The notes beneath the pieces are model-generated. The model saw nothing but the letters and a program-made list of their open reading frames with translations, was not told the origin of the DNA and ran no database searches. The position numbers and the translations under genes are program-made. This document shows positions 1 to 7,153 of a DNA stretch of 12,974 nucleotides, one piece after another (within the stretch, counting starts at the first letter, position 1; each line of letters begins with the position of its first letter). This stretch comes from a virus. Its lineage: Duplodnaviria > Heunggongvirae > Uroviricota > Caudoviricetes. The stretch is from positions 1-12,974 of IMG/VR virus record IMGVR_UViG_2648501669_000022, one strand, 5' to 3'.

Positions 1-1215
1 ATGCTGCTTTCAGACCTTGCCATCAGGCGCGCGAAGCCGAAAGAAAAGGCTTATACACTCAATGACGGTAACGGGCTTTCGTTGCTCATTGAGCCGAACG
101 GTTCGAAAGGGTGGCGACTGCGCTACAGGTTTGCAGGAAAGCCCAAAATGTTGTCGTTGGGTGTGTACCCTGATGTGTCTCTGTCTGATGCCAGGGCGGC
201 AAGGGATGAGGCTAAAAGGCTTCTTGCTGGTGGTATAAATCCAAGTGAGGCCAGAAAAGCCCAAAAGCGAGAACAGGCGAGCAAATTTGGCAATACTTTT
301 GAGGGTATTGCTCGTGAATGGTACGAAAAGCGGATCGACAGGTGGTCATCGTCATACGCCGAGGAAATGATCGAGACGTTTGAAAAAGATGTTTTTCCGT
401 ACATTGGCGGTAGGCCGATCGCAGAAATTAAGCCGATGGAATTGCTGGCGGTTCTTTCCCGTCTTAATGACCGTGGTGCGACTGAAAAATTGCGTAAGGT
501 TCGCCAGCGATGCGGCGAGGTGTTCCGGTACGCAATCATCACCGGACGCGCCGAATATAATCCAGCCCCTGACCTGGTGAGCGCATTTGCTCCACATAAA
601 AAAGAGCATTACGCCTATCTGAAGGCCGACGAACTGCCGGAATTTTTCCGCGTTTTTAATACGTACACCGGAAGCCAGATCGTCAAACTGGCAATGCGGC
701 TATTAATTCTGACAGGTGTCAGACCCGGGGAATTACGGCAGGCAGAATGGCAGGAGATCGATTTTGATAATCGTTTGTGGGAAGTGCCTAAAGAACGAAT
801 GAAGATGCGCCGTCCGCATTGTGTGCCATTACCAGAACAGGCGATAAAAATACTGGAGCAGTTAAAAAACATGACAGGCCAGTATCAGTTTATTTTCCCC
901 GGTCGTATTCACCACAGTAAGCCAATGAGTGAAATGGCGATGAATGTGCTCATTCGTCGTATCGGCTATGCCGGGCGCGTTACTGGTCATGGATTCCGGC
1001 ACACCATGAGCACCATTTTGCATGAGCAGGGCTATAACACTGCGTGGATAGAGACGCAGCTCGCACACGTCGATAAAAACTCAATTCGTGGCACATACAA
1101 CCATGCGCAATATCTGGATGGTCGCCGGGAGATGCTCCAGTGGTATGCCGACTATATGGATTCGCTCGAGCATGGCGGAAATGTGGTGCATGGTGAGTTC
1201 GGAAAATGCGGGTGA
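1..1215 (+). CDS. int: Tyrosine recombinase / integrase, P4-type
   Basis: 404-aa ORF. N-terminal arm-binding-like region (AKPKEKAYTLNDGNGLSLLIEPNGSKGWRLRYRFAGKPKMLSLGVYPDVSL) typical of P4-family integrases; C-terminal catalytic signature HGFRHT plus downstream Tyr (RGTYNHAQY). Stop TGA at 1213-1215. Confidence 0.9.
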   Translation: MLLSDLAIRRAKPKEKAYTLNDGNGLSLLIEPNGSKGWRLRYRFAGKPKMLSLGVYPDVSLSDARAARDEAKRLLAGGINPSEARKAQKREQASKFGNTFEGIAREWYEKRIDRWSSSYAEEMIETFEKDVFPYIGGRPIAEIKPMELLAVLSRLNDRGATEKLRKVRQRCGEVFRYAIITGRAEYNPAPDLVSAFAPHKKEHYAYLKADELPEFFRVFNTYTGSQIVKLAMRLLILTGVRPGELRQAEWQEIDFDNRLWEVPKERMKMRRPHCVPLPEQAIKILEQLKNMTGQYQFIFPGRIHHSKPMSEMAMNVLIRRIGYAGRVTGHGFRHTMSTILHEQGYNTAWIETQLAHVDKNSIRGTYNHAQYLDGRREMLQWYADYMDSLEHGGNVVHGEFGKCG

Positions 1216-1343
1216 CTGGTTGAGTATACAGTAGTAGACTTTGAGCGACGAAAGAAAAGGCTGTGTCTAGGGTCGCTCCCGAAAATCCGTACACCTCGAC
1301 GGACTGGTACAGCCACTACAGTAGAGGACGCTGAGGTGTGCGT

Positions 1344-2141
1344 ATGATTGATATTCATGCCGAATTAAACGAATACAAAAAAGATTTTATTTCTTTACGT
1401 GAATTTCTTGAGGTCGTGCTTAAGGTCGCTGGTGATGATTATGATGTTTCAGATGTCATAACTTGGATACTCAGGAGAATAAGCGGAGAACATATCCGCC
1501 TGTACACAGTAAATGAATTTAAGCTGTTGGAATCTTTTTGTAGCCCGTATCGGGATGAATTTGATTATGATGTTCTTTATAGAAATCTGAATGCGGTTCG
1601 GAAACGTGGTTGTTTACCTGGTGAGAGGGATGAAAATGGTTTTCTGGTGTCCGGTTATTGGGAAGATCCCGAATTTGAGAACATTGGATTTATAAGGGGT
1701 GAAATTTTCGCAATTTTTCCCGATGTCCTTGACGCGTTAACGAAGCTGGAAGGCGCTAACTCTTCTGAAAATGACGAGGCACAAGGACGCGATATTGAAA
1801 AGAAAGAGTTGCGTACAGAGGATGATTTATTATCCCAAATCGCAATGCTGGAAAAAGAAAACGCAGAGTTAAGGGCAAGGATAGAGCAGTTAGAGCAAGA
1901 GCGCCCGATACACTTATATAAATACTGGGATAAAGACCCATTAGCTAAGGCTATTGAGATTAGAAACAGAGAGTGGGCCAATTACGATCCAGAAAATGAT
2001 TTTGCCACCAGGGGAAATCAAGAAGCGATAACCAGGGAGCTTAAGCAGTGGGGGGCAAGTAATGCACTTGCAACGCTCATAGAGAGGACTGCCTGCCCTA
2101 TTAACCGAGACAACAGCCAAAAGAACGCAAAGCCGGATTAA
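1344..2141 (+). CDS. Hypothetical cargo protein (265 aa) with a central leucine-zipper-like coiled coil; function unknown
   Basis: ATG at 1344 with GAGGT 6 nt upstream (the track's 1338 start is a GTG lying on the SD). Visibly AT-richer codon usage than its neighbours. Heptad-like segment LLSQIAMLEKENAELRARIEQLEQER. Followed immediately by a strong intrinsic terminator. No catalytic motif recognised. Confidence 0.65.
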   Translation: MIDIHAELNEYKKDFISLREFLEVVLKVAGDDYDVSDVITWILRRISGEHIRLYTVNEFKLLESFCSPYRDEFDYDVLYRNLNAVRKRGCLPGERDENGFLVSGYWEDPEFENIGFIRGEIFAIFPDVLDALTKLEGANSSENDEAQGRDIEKKELRTEDDLLSQIAMLEKENAELRARIEQLEQERPIHLYKYWDKDPLAKAIEIRNREWANYDPENDFATRGNQEAITRELKQWGASNALATLIERTACPINRDNSQKNAKPD

Positions 2142-2154
2142 CGCACCATACCGC

Positions 2155-2197
2155 ATACCCTGAGGGTGATTTACTGTTACCCTCAGGGTATTTTTTT
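2155..2197 (+). terminator. Rho-independent terminator after the cargo gene
   Basis: Perfect 13-bp stem ATACCCTGAGGGT (2155-2167) / ACCCTCAGGGTAT (2179-2191), 11-nt loop, then a run of 7 T (2191-2197). Confidence 0.8.
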
Positions 2198-2214
2198 ATC
2201 TTCCCCGTCAATTT

Positions 2215-2302
2215 TACCATCACCCTTAGGGTAGATTTCCTCCCGATTACCATCACCCTTATGGTTAATTTCCTTCCGGTAACCATTAGGCCTGAGGGTA
2301 TG
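2215..2302. repeat. Tandem 33-bp direct repeat (2.6 copies) carrying ACCCT-N-AGGGT palindromes, upstream of alpA
   Basis: Unit 1 (2215-2247) and unit 2 (2248-2280) are 28/33 identical; partial third unit 2281-2302. Palindromes ACCCTTAGGGT (2222-2232), ACCCTTATGGT (2255-2265), CCTGAGGGT (2291-2299); the same palindrome forms both arms of the upstream terminator. Confidence 0.7.
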
Positions 2303-2368
2303 AAAATATTCGTTATTTCTGTGCCATGATTACCTCGTCAAATTGAGTAGACGTTATGAGGTAAATAT

Positions 2369-2566
2369 ATGTCAAATACGCTTATTCGTTTAACAGAAGT
2401 TCAGCGTAGAACTGGATATAGCAAGGCATGGATTTATCGCCTTATGGGGCAAGGTAAATTTCCTGCATCAGTTAAAATTGGCTCGCGAGCTATTGCTTTC
2501 GTTGAGAGTGAAATTGACGAGTGGATTAATCAGCGTATTGCGGAATCACGCGGAACAGCTACCTGA
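2369..2566 (+). CDS. alpA: AlpA-family (Xis/MerR-like HTH) transcriptional regulator
   Basis: 65 aa; RLTEVQRRTGYSKAWIYRLMGQGKFPASVKIGSRAIAFVESEIDEWINQR matches the AlpA/Vis-type signature found next to P4-family integrases. GAGG 7 nt upstream of the ATG. Confidence 0.85.
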   Translation: MSNTLIRLTEVQRRTGYSKAWIYRLMGQGKFPASVKIGSRAIAFVESEIDEWINQRIAESRGTAT

Positions 2567-2643
2567 TTAAATGGCTACGGGGCTTTTCCCCCCAGCTATC
2601 CACCAGCAAATAAAAGTAACTTAATTCGATAGCAGGAGTTTTT

Positions 2644-3444
2644 ATGAAACTGCGAAAAACGCCCGTACAGGGGCAGGGCTTCGTTCGGCCTGAAAACCAG
2701 AATCTGCAAAATTTCGGCGAAATTATCCCGATTATTTCCGGCGTTATTGGCGGGAGTGAAACCACTATTGTTAGCGCCAGAGCGTTACATAAGGCGTTAG
2801 GTGTAGGGCGCGTTTTCCGTTCGTGGATCAAGGGGCGCATTGAAGAATACGGGTTCACGGAAGGCGTGGATTATGAGGTTGTTGAATATTTGAGCCGACC
2901 CGATCCGGTGAGCGCAAAATCTCGCCAGCAAACCGCTCTTGAGTACATCATCACAGTGAACATGGCGAAAGAACTGGCGATGGTCGAACGTACCGAACAG
3001 GGCCGCGCCGTTCGCCAGTACTTTATCAAATGCGAGGAGGAGCTACACAAGGTAGCGCCAGTGCGTTCCGCAGCGTTACGCCGGGAACTGAAAGCCCGTA
3101 TCACCGTTGCCAGCTACTTTAAGCCAATGTGTGCCGCGCTGGAGGCGTACCGGGCTGAACTGGGTAAAAACACGTTCCAGCACCACTACACCACGGAAGC
3201 CAATATGCTGGCGCGTATCGTGCTGGGTGGCATGACTGCAAAACAGTGGGCGCAGGCGAACGGCATCACAGGCGAACCACGCGACCACATGAGCACGTTG
3301 CAGCTTGAGCACCTTTCTTACCTTGAGCAGAGCAATATCACGCTGATTGAGTTAGGCCAGGGCTACCACCAGCGGAAAGCTGAATTAATTCGTCTTTCGC
3401 AGCGTTGGTTAGCCCGTCGCATGGAGGAAAACAGCCATGTGTAA
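2644..3444 (+). CDS. AntA/AntB-type antirepressor-like protein (N-terminal domain), C-terminal domain unknown
   Basis: 266 aa; N-terminal segment SARALHKALGVGRVFRSWIKGRIEEYGFTEGVDYEV resembles the AntA/AntB N-terminal domain as I remember it. AGGAG 5 nt upstream of the ATG. Confidence 0.6.
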   Translation: MKLRKTPVQGQGFVRPENQNLQNFGEIIPIISGVIGGSETTIVSARALHKALGVGRVFRSWIKGRIEEYGFTEGVDYEVVEYLSRPDPVSAKSRQQTALEYIITVNMAKELAMVERTEQGRAVRQYFIKCEEELHKVAPVRSAALRRELKARITVASYFKPMCAALEAYRAELGKNTFQHHYTTEANMLARIVLGGMTAKQWAQANGITGEPRDHMSTLQLEHLSYLEQSNITLIELGQGYHQRKAELIRLSQRWLARRMEENSHV

Positions 3445-3750
3445 CGCTCTGACCGTTACAAAAAGAAAAAGCGCCCCGTTGCCGGAGCGCCTTTGTGAAC
3501 GAATAGCCTACTGCGCCATATTGCTTACTGTCTACGAGGCAGATTATAGCGTTGTGGTCGCACAGAGTGAAGGCGCAGATCACCGTTACTACAGCACACC
3601 AGAAATGCAGAATATTTTGCTGCAAAATGTCGTTGGCCACGCTGTCCGGAAAGCAAAAAATTTTGCTGGTGGCGTGACTGATACGATTTTTTCTGGTTGC
3701 TCGGTGCTGATCAACTTAACCTGGACTTATGTACAACATTGCAACTATTC

Positions 3751-3897
3751 CTACTTTAAGCTGAATGTAACTTTACCTATATCATTAGAGGTATGGTCGC
3801 GCTTGACCTCAATTTCACCATTTTGTAGCCCTGCTACAAAAAAATATAAAAGTGTCAATGTTGCTGCAATCAGTAACCATTTTCCAAAAATATACAT
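3751..3897 (-). CDS. Small membrane peptide (48 aa), not in the ORF track
   Basis: Translated by hand from the minus strand: MYIFGKWLLIAATLTLLYFFVAGLQNGEIEVKRDHTSNDIGKVTFSLK. One predicted TM helix at the N-terminus. Starts 21 nt downstream of the Arc-like stop on the same strand; AT-rich; weak SD-like AAGGG upstream. Confidence 0.35.
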   Translation of the reverse strand: MYIFGKWLLIAATLTLLYFFVAGLQNGEIEVKRDHTSNDIGKVTFSLK

Positions 3898-3918
3898 TCT
3901 TGATTTTACCCTTAATCG

Positions 3919-4092
3919 TCAACCTTTTGGCACGATGCCTCGCTGTTGTAATTCTTTGCGGAGCACTCGTTTAATCCAGGTAGCTAATGAGGTGTCGCCG
4001 TCTGCTTTGGCTGCCTCCTCAAGTTGTGCCCTAAATTCTTCTGGTAGCCGCATTTGGTATGGTGGCGATCGTTTTTCTAATGGTGTTGACAT
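3919..4092 (-). CDS. Arc/MetJ-type ribbon-helix-helix DNA-binding protein (57 aa), not in the ORF track
   Basis: Translated by hand from the minus strand: MSTPLEKRSPPYQMRLPEEFRAQLEEAAKADGDTSLATWIKRVLRKELQQRGIVPKG. Beta-strand-like PYQMRLP followed by two helices is the Arc/Mnt pattern. The start codon is embedded in a palindromic operator. Confidence 0.65.
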   Translation of the reverse strand: MSTPLEKRSPPYQMRLPEEFRAQLEEAAKADGDTSLATWIKRVLRKELQQRGIVPKG

Positions 4093-4144
4093 GGTAATTA
4101 CCCATAATTACTATAGTTACACGGTAATTACCATTGTACTTACC
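4093..4144. promoter_or_regulatory. Divergent promoter/operator region: perfect 10-bp palindrome GGTAATTACC x2 plus a degenerate third site
   Basis: GGTAATTACC at 4093-4102 (abutting the Arc-like start codon) and 4123-4132, 30 bp centre to centre; degenerate copy GTACTTACC at 4136-4144; TATAGT-like -10 for the minus strand at 4111-4116. Confidence 0.55.
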
Positions 4145-4228
4145 ATTGCAAAAAAAACAACGCCCCGGACTGCGGGAACAGTACCAGGGCGTCTAACCAC
4201 CAACGATAGCGAAAGTATCGAGGTAGCT

Positions 4229-4432
4229 ATGATAAATCATACCACACACCCGCAAGGGCGGGACTCGCACAACCTGAATAAATACATCTGGCGTTTTATC
4301 GCCCTGAGCACGGCACAACCGCGCGTAATTCACATCGAGGCCACCAGCGAACAGGAAGCACGCCAGCAATCTCCTGATGGCTGCGTGATGGTATTCGCCG
4401 CCCGTATTCGCCAGGAGGTGCACCATGCATAA
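4229..4432 (+). CDS. Hypothetical protein (67 aa), first gene of the replication operon
   Basis: This is only the 3' part of the 331-aa track ORF (3437-4432). ATG at 4229 with GAGGT 4 nt upstream; the upstream 800 nt of that ORF overlaps the Arc-like gene and the intergenic region and translates to low-complexity sequence. Stop overlaps the next start. Confidence 0.5.
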   Translation: MINHTTHPQGRDSHNLNKYIWRFIALSTAQPRVIHIEATSEQEARQQSPDGCVMVFAARIRQEVHHA

Positions 4433-4790
4433 CCTGTCAATTTCTGACCTTAACAGCATTCAGTTTGATGAGAAATTTACCGGGCAGCTACTGGTCAATG
4501 TGGAGAATGGACGCGTGGTAAGTAATTACCACCTGCCGGATGGTGCAATTGCCGGAAGTGTTGAAGCATTGCTGGAGCTGGCAGAACGTGCGCGACTGAT
4601 TAAGCCGTCAACGTGCCATCACGATGATGATCTGCATTTTACCGGACGCATGGTGAGTCACTACGAAAACGGCGTTGAGGTATCCCGCGAACGTATGCGT
4701 GATAATTGCTGTTTCGGAACACTGCCGGAATTTATCGAATTGCTGACCAGTTGCGGTTATCAGGTTATTCAGGGGGTGAATCATGGATAA
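4425..4790 (+). CDS. Hypothetical protein (121 aa) made of two tandem copies of a ~50-aa FTG-motif domain
   Basis: AGGAGGTG 4 nt upstream of the ATG. Internal repeat: FTGQLLVNVENGRVVSNYHL... and FTGRMVSHYENGVEVSRER.... Start and stop both overlap neighbouring genes. Confidence 0.6.
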   Translation: MHNLSISDLNSIQFDEKFTGQLLVNVENGRVVSNYHLPDGAIAGSVEALLELAERARLIKPSTCHHDDDLHFTGRMVSHYENGVEVSRERMRDNCCFGTLPEFIELLTSCGYQVIQGVNHG

Positions 4791-4983
4791 TCAGCAAGCA
4801 ACAATGACAATTACCCTGAGTGTGCCAGATGATTTCACCGGACGCGTACTGGTTTACCTGGATAAAGGGAAAGTGAAATCACAATGCCGACTGAAAAGTA
4901 ATGAGATTGTTGGTTCTCCTGAATTTTTTTCTGAACTTTGTATTCGTGCGAAAATAAAACCGGAACTGCTGACAGGAAAATAA
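4783..4983 (+). CDS. Hypothetical protein (66 aa), single-copy paralogue of the FTG-motif domain
   Basis: FTGRVLVYLDKGKVKSQCRL...GSPEFFSELCIRAKIKPE aligns with both repeats of the upstream gene; AGGGGGTGA upstream. Confidence 0.6.
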   Translation: MDNQQATMTITLSVPDDFTGRVLVYLDKGKVKSQCRLKSNEIVGSPEFFSELCIRAKIKPELLTGK

Positions 4984-4987
4984 AACC

Positions 4988-5278
4988 ATGAAAAAGAAAA
5001 ATTCTGGCTTTACTGCCAGCGGCCCCGCTCGGCCTGAAATCAGACACGGAGATATTTACCGCGACACCAGACGTGGGGGACGAGTGGTTATTCGTCACGT
5101 TACGCCAGGCAATATCACCTACCGCCGTGAGGCTTACGAATATGACTGCGTAATGCCGCGCCGTCAGTTTGAGCGTGATTTTATTCTGGTGGAAAACAAA
5201 CAACAGGCGGTGGCAAGACGTGCAGCCACGAATATTAAAAAAATCCGGGCAATGTTGGTTGCGGGAGGTAAGAAGTGA
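4988..5278 (+). CDS. Hypothetical basic protein (96 aa)
   Basis: ORF with AGGAAAA upstream; stop overlaps the GTG start of the helicase gene. No family recognised with confidence. Confidence 0.5.
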   Translation: MKKKNSGFTASGPARPEIRHGDIYRDTRRGGRVVIRHVTPGNITYRREAYEYDCVMPRRQFERDFILVENKQQAVARRAATNIKKIRAMLVAGGKK

Positions 5279-6687
5279 AAAACGCACCGAATTTGAAATA
5301 TCAGCCGAAGGATAAATTCACTGAGGTAATCATTTTTGCCGGGACGGACGCTTACTCCCATGCTCAACACTGGATTGAAAGCGAAGGACGGAAACACGGC
5401 GATAATGTGCCACCTGTTTACCTGGGGCCAAAGCAACTGGCAGACCTGGCGAATATCCGCATTATTGACGAGAAACGCCGCTTTGCACGTGTCTATCTCG
5501 CGGGGGAGATCGAACCAATCCAGATCAATGCTATCGCTGAAAAGCTGGCGCTGGCTGGCGTACAGGAGGCGAAATTATACAAAGGTATCACCGACCGGGA
5601 GCCGGAGAACTGGCGCGACTACCTGCAACGGATCCGCGAACAGGCAGAGCGCGAAGAAATGCTTACTGACGAGCAATACAGCCAGCGAAAAACCACACTA
5701 CCAATGAGTATTGGATCTGCAGGGTACGACACACAGCTTGATTATGTCGTTAAGGGCGTGATTCCGGCTAATTCATTGTGCAGCACATACGGCGCGAGCG
5801 GTTCCTATAAATCGTTCCTCGCGTGTTCCTGGGCGTGTCATGTTGCCACGGGTCGCCACTGGGGAGGCCGCAGGGTGGCGCATGGTTCGGTGATGTATGT
5901 CGTCGGTGAAGGTGGCATTGGTGTCCCTCGTCGTATCAAAGCATGGGAAATCGTTAATGATGAACGGGTGAAAAATCTGTACCTGGTAAACCGCCCGATT
6001 TTTCCGGCGGTCCCGCTTGATGTTGATGAAATGGTCATCGCTTCCCGTCAGGTTGAACGGGAAACGGGTAAACCGGTACGCATGATTATTCTGGATACGC
6101 TGGCGCGTTGCTTTGGCGGTAATGATGAAAATGACGCGCGGGATATGGGGGCGTTTATCCGTGGATGTGACGAACTGAAACGACGCACGGGGGCCACGGT
6201 ACTGGTGGTTCACCATTCCGGCAAGGATGAAACAAAAGGGGCGCGTGGTTCCAGTGCATTTCGTGCATCTCTGGACGCTGAATACCGTATTCGCCGTGAA
6301 GGTGCGGACAGTGAAGCCCTGGTTATCTCCTGCACCAAAATGAAGGACGCGGAGGAACTGAAAGAGGCTGCATATGATTTACGCGTGGTGGAGCTTTTTA
6401 CCGACACTGACGGGGAGTTAATCACGTCGCTGGTGGTTGTGGATAAGCCGCGCCCACCTGTTGAACTGGAACGCATCGAGGAGGCCGGGAACAAGACGGA
6501 AAATCACGCTGCGCTATGGCAGTGCATCAGAACGCGAACAGCACACGGGGAGGCGTGCACTATCGCCCTTCTCCGCGATGATATGAAAAAGCTGGGGTAT
6601 GAAATGAAAAACTTCCGGCGCTGGCTGTACAAGCTGGAAAGCGACGGCGTAATCGCTATTGACGGTGATTATGTGCGCCCACTGTAA
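5275..6687 (+). CDS. RepA/DnaB-like RecA-fold replicative helicase (the family I remember as AAA_25), probable replication initiator of the island
   Basis: 470 aa; GTG start with GGGAGGT 5 nt upstream. Walker A-like GASGSYKS, Walker B-like ILDTLARCF, and VLVVHHSGK motif typical of RepA-type helicases. Its stop abuts the iteron array. Confidence 0.8.
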   Translation: MKNAPNLKYQPKDKFTEVIIFAGTDAYSHAQHWIESEGRKHGDNVPPVYLGPKQLADLANIRIIDEKRRFARVYLAGEIEPIQINAIAEKLALAGVQEAKLYKGITDREPENWRDYLQRIREQAEREEMLTDEQYSQRKTTLPMSIGSAGYDTQLDYVVKGVIPANSLCSTYGASGSYKSFLACSWACHVATGRHWGGRRVAHGSVMYVVGEGGIGVPRRIKAWEIVNDERVKNLYLVNRPIFPAVPLDVDEMVIASRQVERETGKPVRMIILDTLARCFGGNDENDARDMGAFIRGCDELKRRTGATVLVVHHSGKDETKGARGSSAFRASLDAEYRIRREGADSEALVISCTKMKDAEELKEAAYDLRVVELFTDTDGELITSLVVVDKPRPPVELERIEEAGNKTENHAALWQCIRTRTAHGEACTIALLRDDMKKLGYEMKNFRRWLYKLESDGVIAIDGDYVRPL

Positions 6688-7075
6688 AAAGTGAGGAGCA
6701 AAAGTGAGGATGGCGGGTAATTTAACAAAAAATCAACGCCACTCCTCACTTTCTCACCTGTATATAGGTCAAAAAGTGAGGAATGAAAAACATATTGTAA
6801 AACAAGACATTACAACAACAAGAAAAACAGGTGAGGAGCAGGACGGGAATAACAAAAAGTGAGGAACAAAAGTGAGGAATGGTGAGTTAATAGAAATGAG
6901 GTAATAAAAATAACAGGTAGGTTAAAAAACACACCATGCAAGATATTAACTAAAACTTAACTATTTACCTCACTTTTGCGTATATATAAGGATTAAAAAG
7001 TGAGTACTTAAAAATACATTTAAAATCATATTGTTATTAACTTCATAAATTTTCACTGTGCAGCAGGTGAGGAAT
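6688..7075. repeat. Putative origin of replication: AT-rich iteron array, core GTGAGGA
   Basis: Direct copies of GTGAGGA at 6691, 6704, 6776, 6831, 6859, 6872 and 7067; inverted copies at 6743-6749 (TCCTCAC) and 6967-6973 (ACCTCAC); variants GTGAGTT (6882) and GTGAGTA (7010). Most are preceded by an A-run; the region is strongly AT-rich. Confidence 0.7.
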
Positions 7076-7153
7076 TAAAAAATTAGGAATGTTAAAAATG
7101 AAAACAGAATGTTGTGTCAGTGCCGTTGGGCAACGTAGCAATCAGTAAAAACG

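Noticed and set aside
10-1358. Several minus-strand ORFs (10-264, 123-542, 352-609, 615-872, 862-1068, 980-1294, 1152-1358) and the plus-strand ORFs 17-238 and 380-580
   Set aside because: All lie antisense to or out of frame within the integrase gene, whose product has clear family signatures; they lack SD sequences and have biased, non-protein-like composition.
2576-2592. GGGGC-TTTT-CCCC mini-hairpin between alpA and the antirepressor-like gene, considered as a terminator
   Set aside because: Stem of only 4-5 bp with no following U-tract; at most a weak pause or attenuator, not called.
3466-3494. GC-rich segment after the antirepressor-like gene (AGCGCC...AGCGCC) that looked like a terminator stem
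   Set aside because: The two GC blocks are direct, not inverted, repeats; no stable hairpin can be drawn.
3437-4228. Upstream ~800 nt of the 331-aa plus-strand track ORF (3437-4432)
   Set aside because: Translates to low-complexity, Cys/Ser/Thr-rich sequence, spans an intergenic AT-rich region and overlaps the minus-strand Arc-like and peptide ORFs and their operators. Only the 3' 67 codons (from the ATG at 4229, with an SD) are treated as a gene.
5336-6494. Alternate-frame ORFs within the helicase gene (5336-5707 plus strand; 5773-6216, 5838-6038 and 6210-6494 minus strand)
   Set aside because: Overlap a gene with clear Walker A/B motifs; none has an SD or family features.
6688-7075. Possible CRISPR array suggested by the repeated GTGAGGA motif
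   Set aside because: Repeats are only 7-10 bp, irregularly spaced, in both orientations, AT-rich, and sit directly after a replication-initiator gene: iterons, not CRISPR repeats. No cas genes are present.
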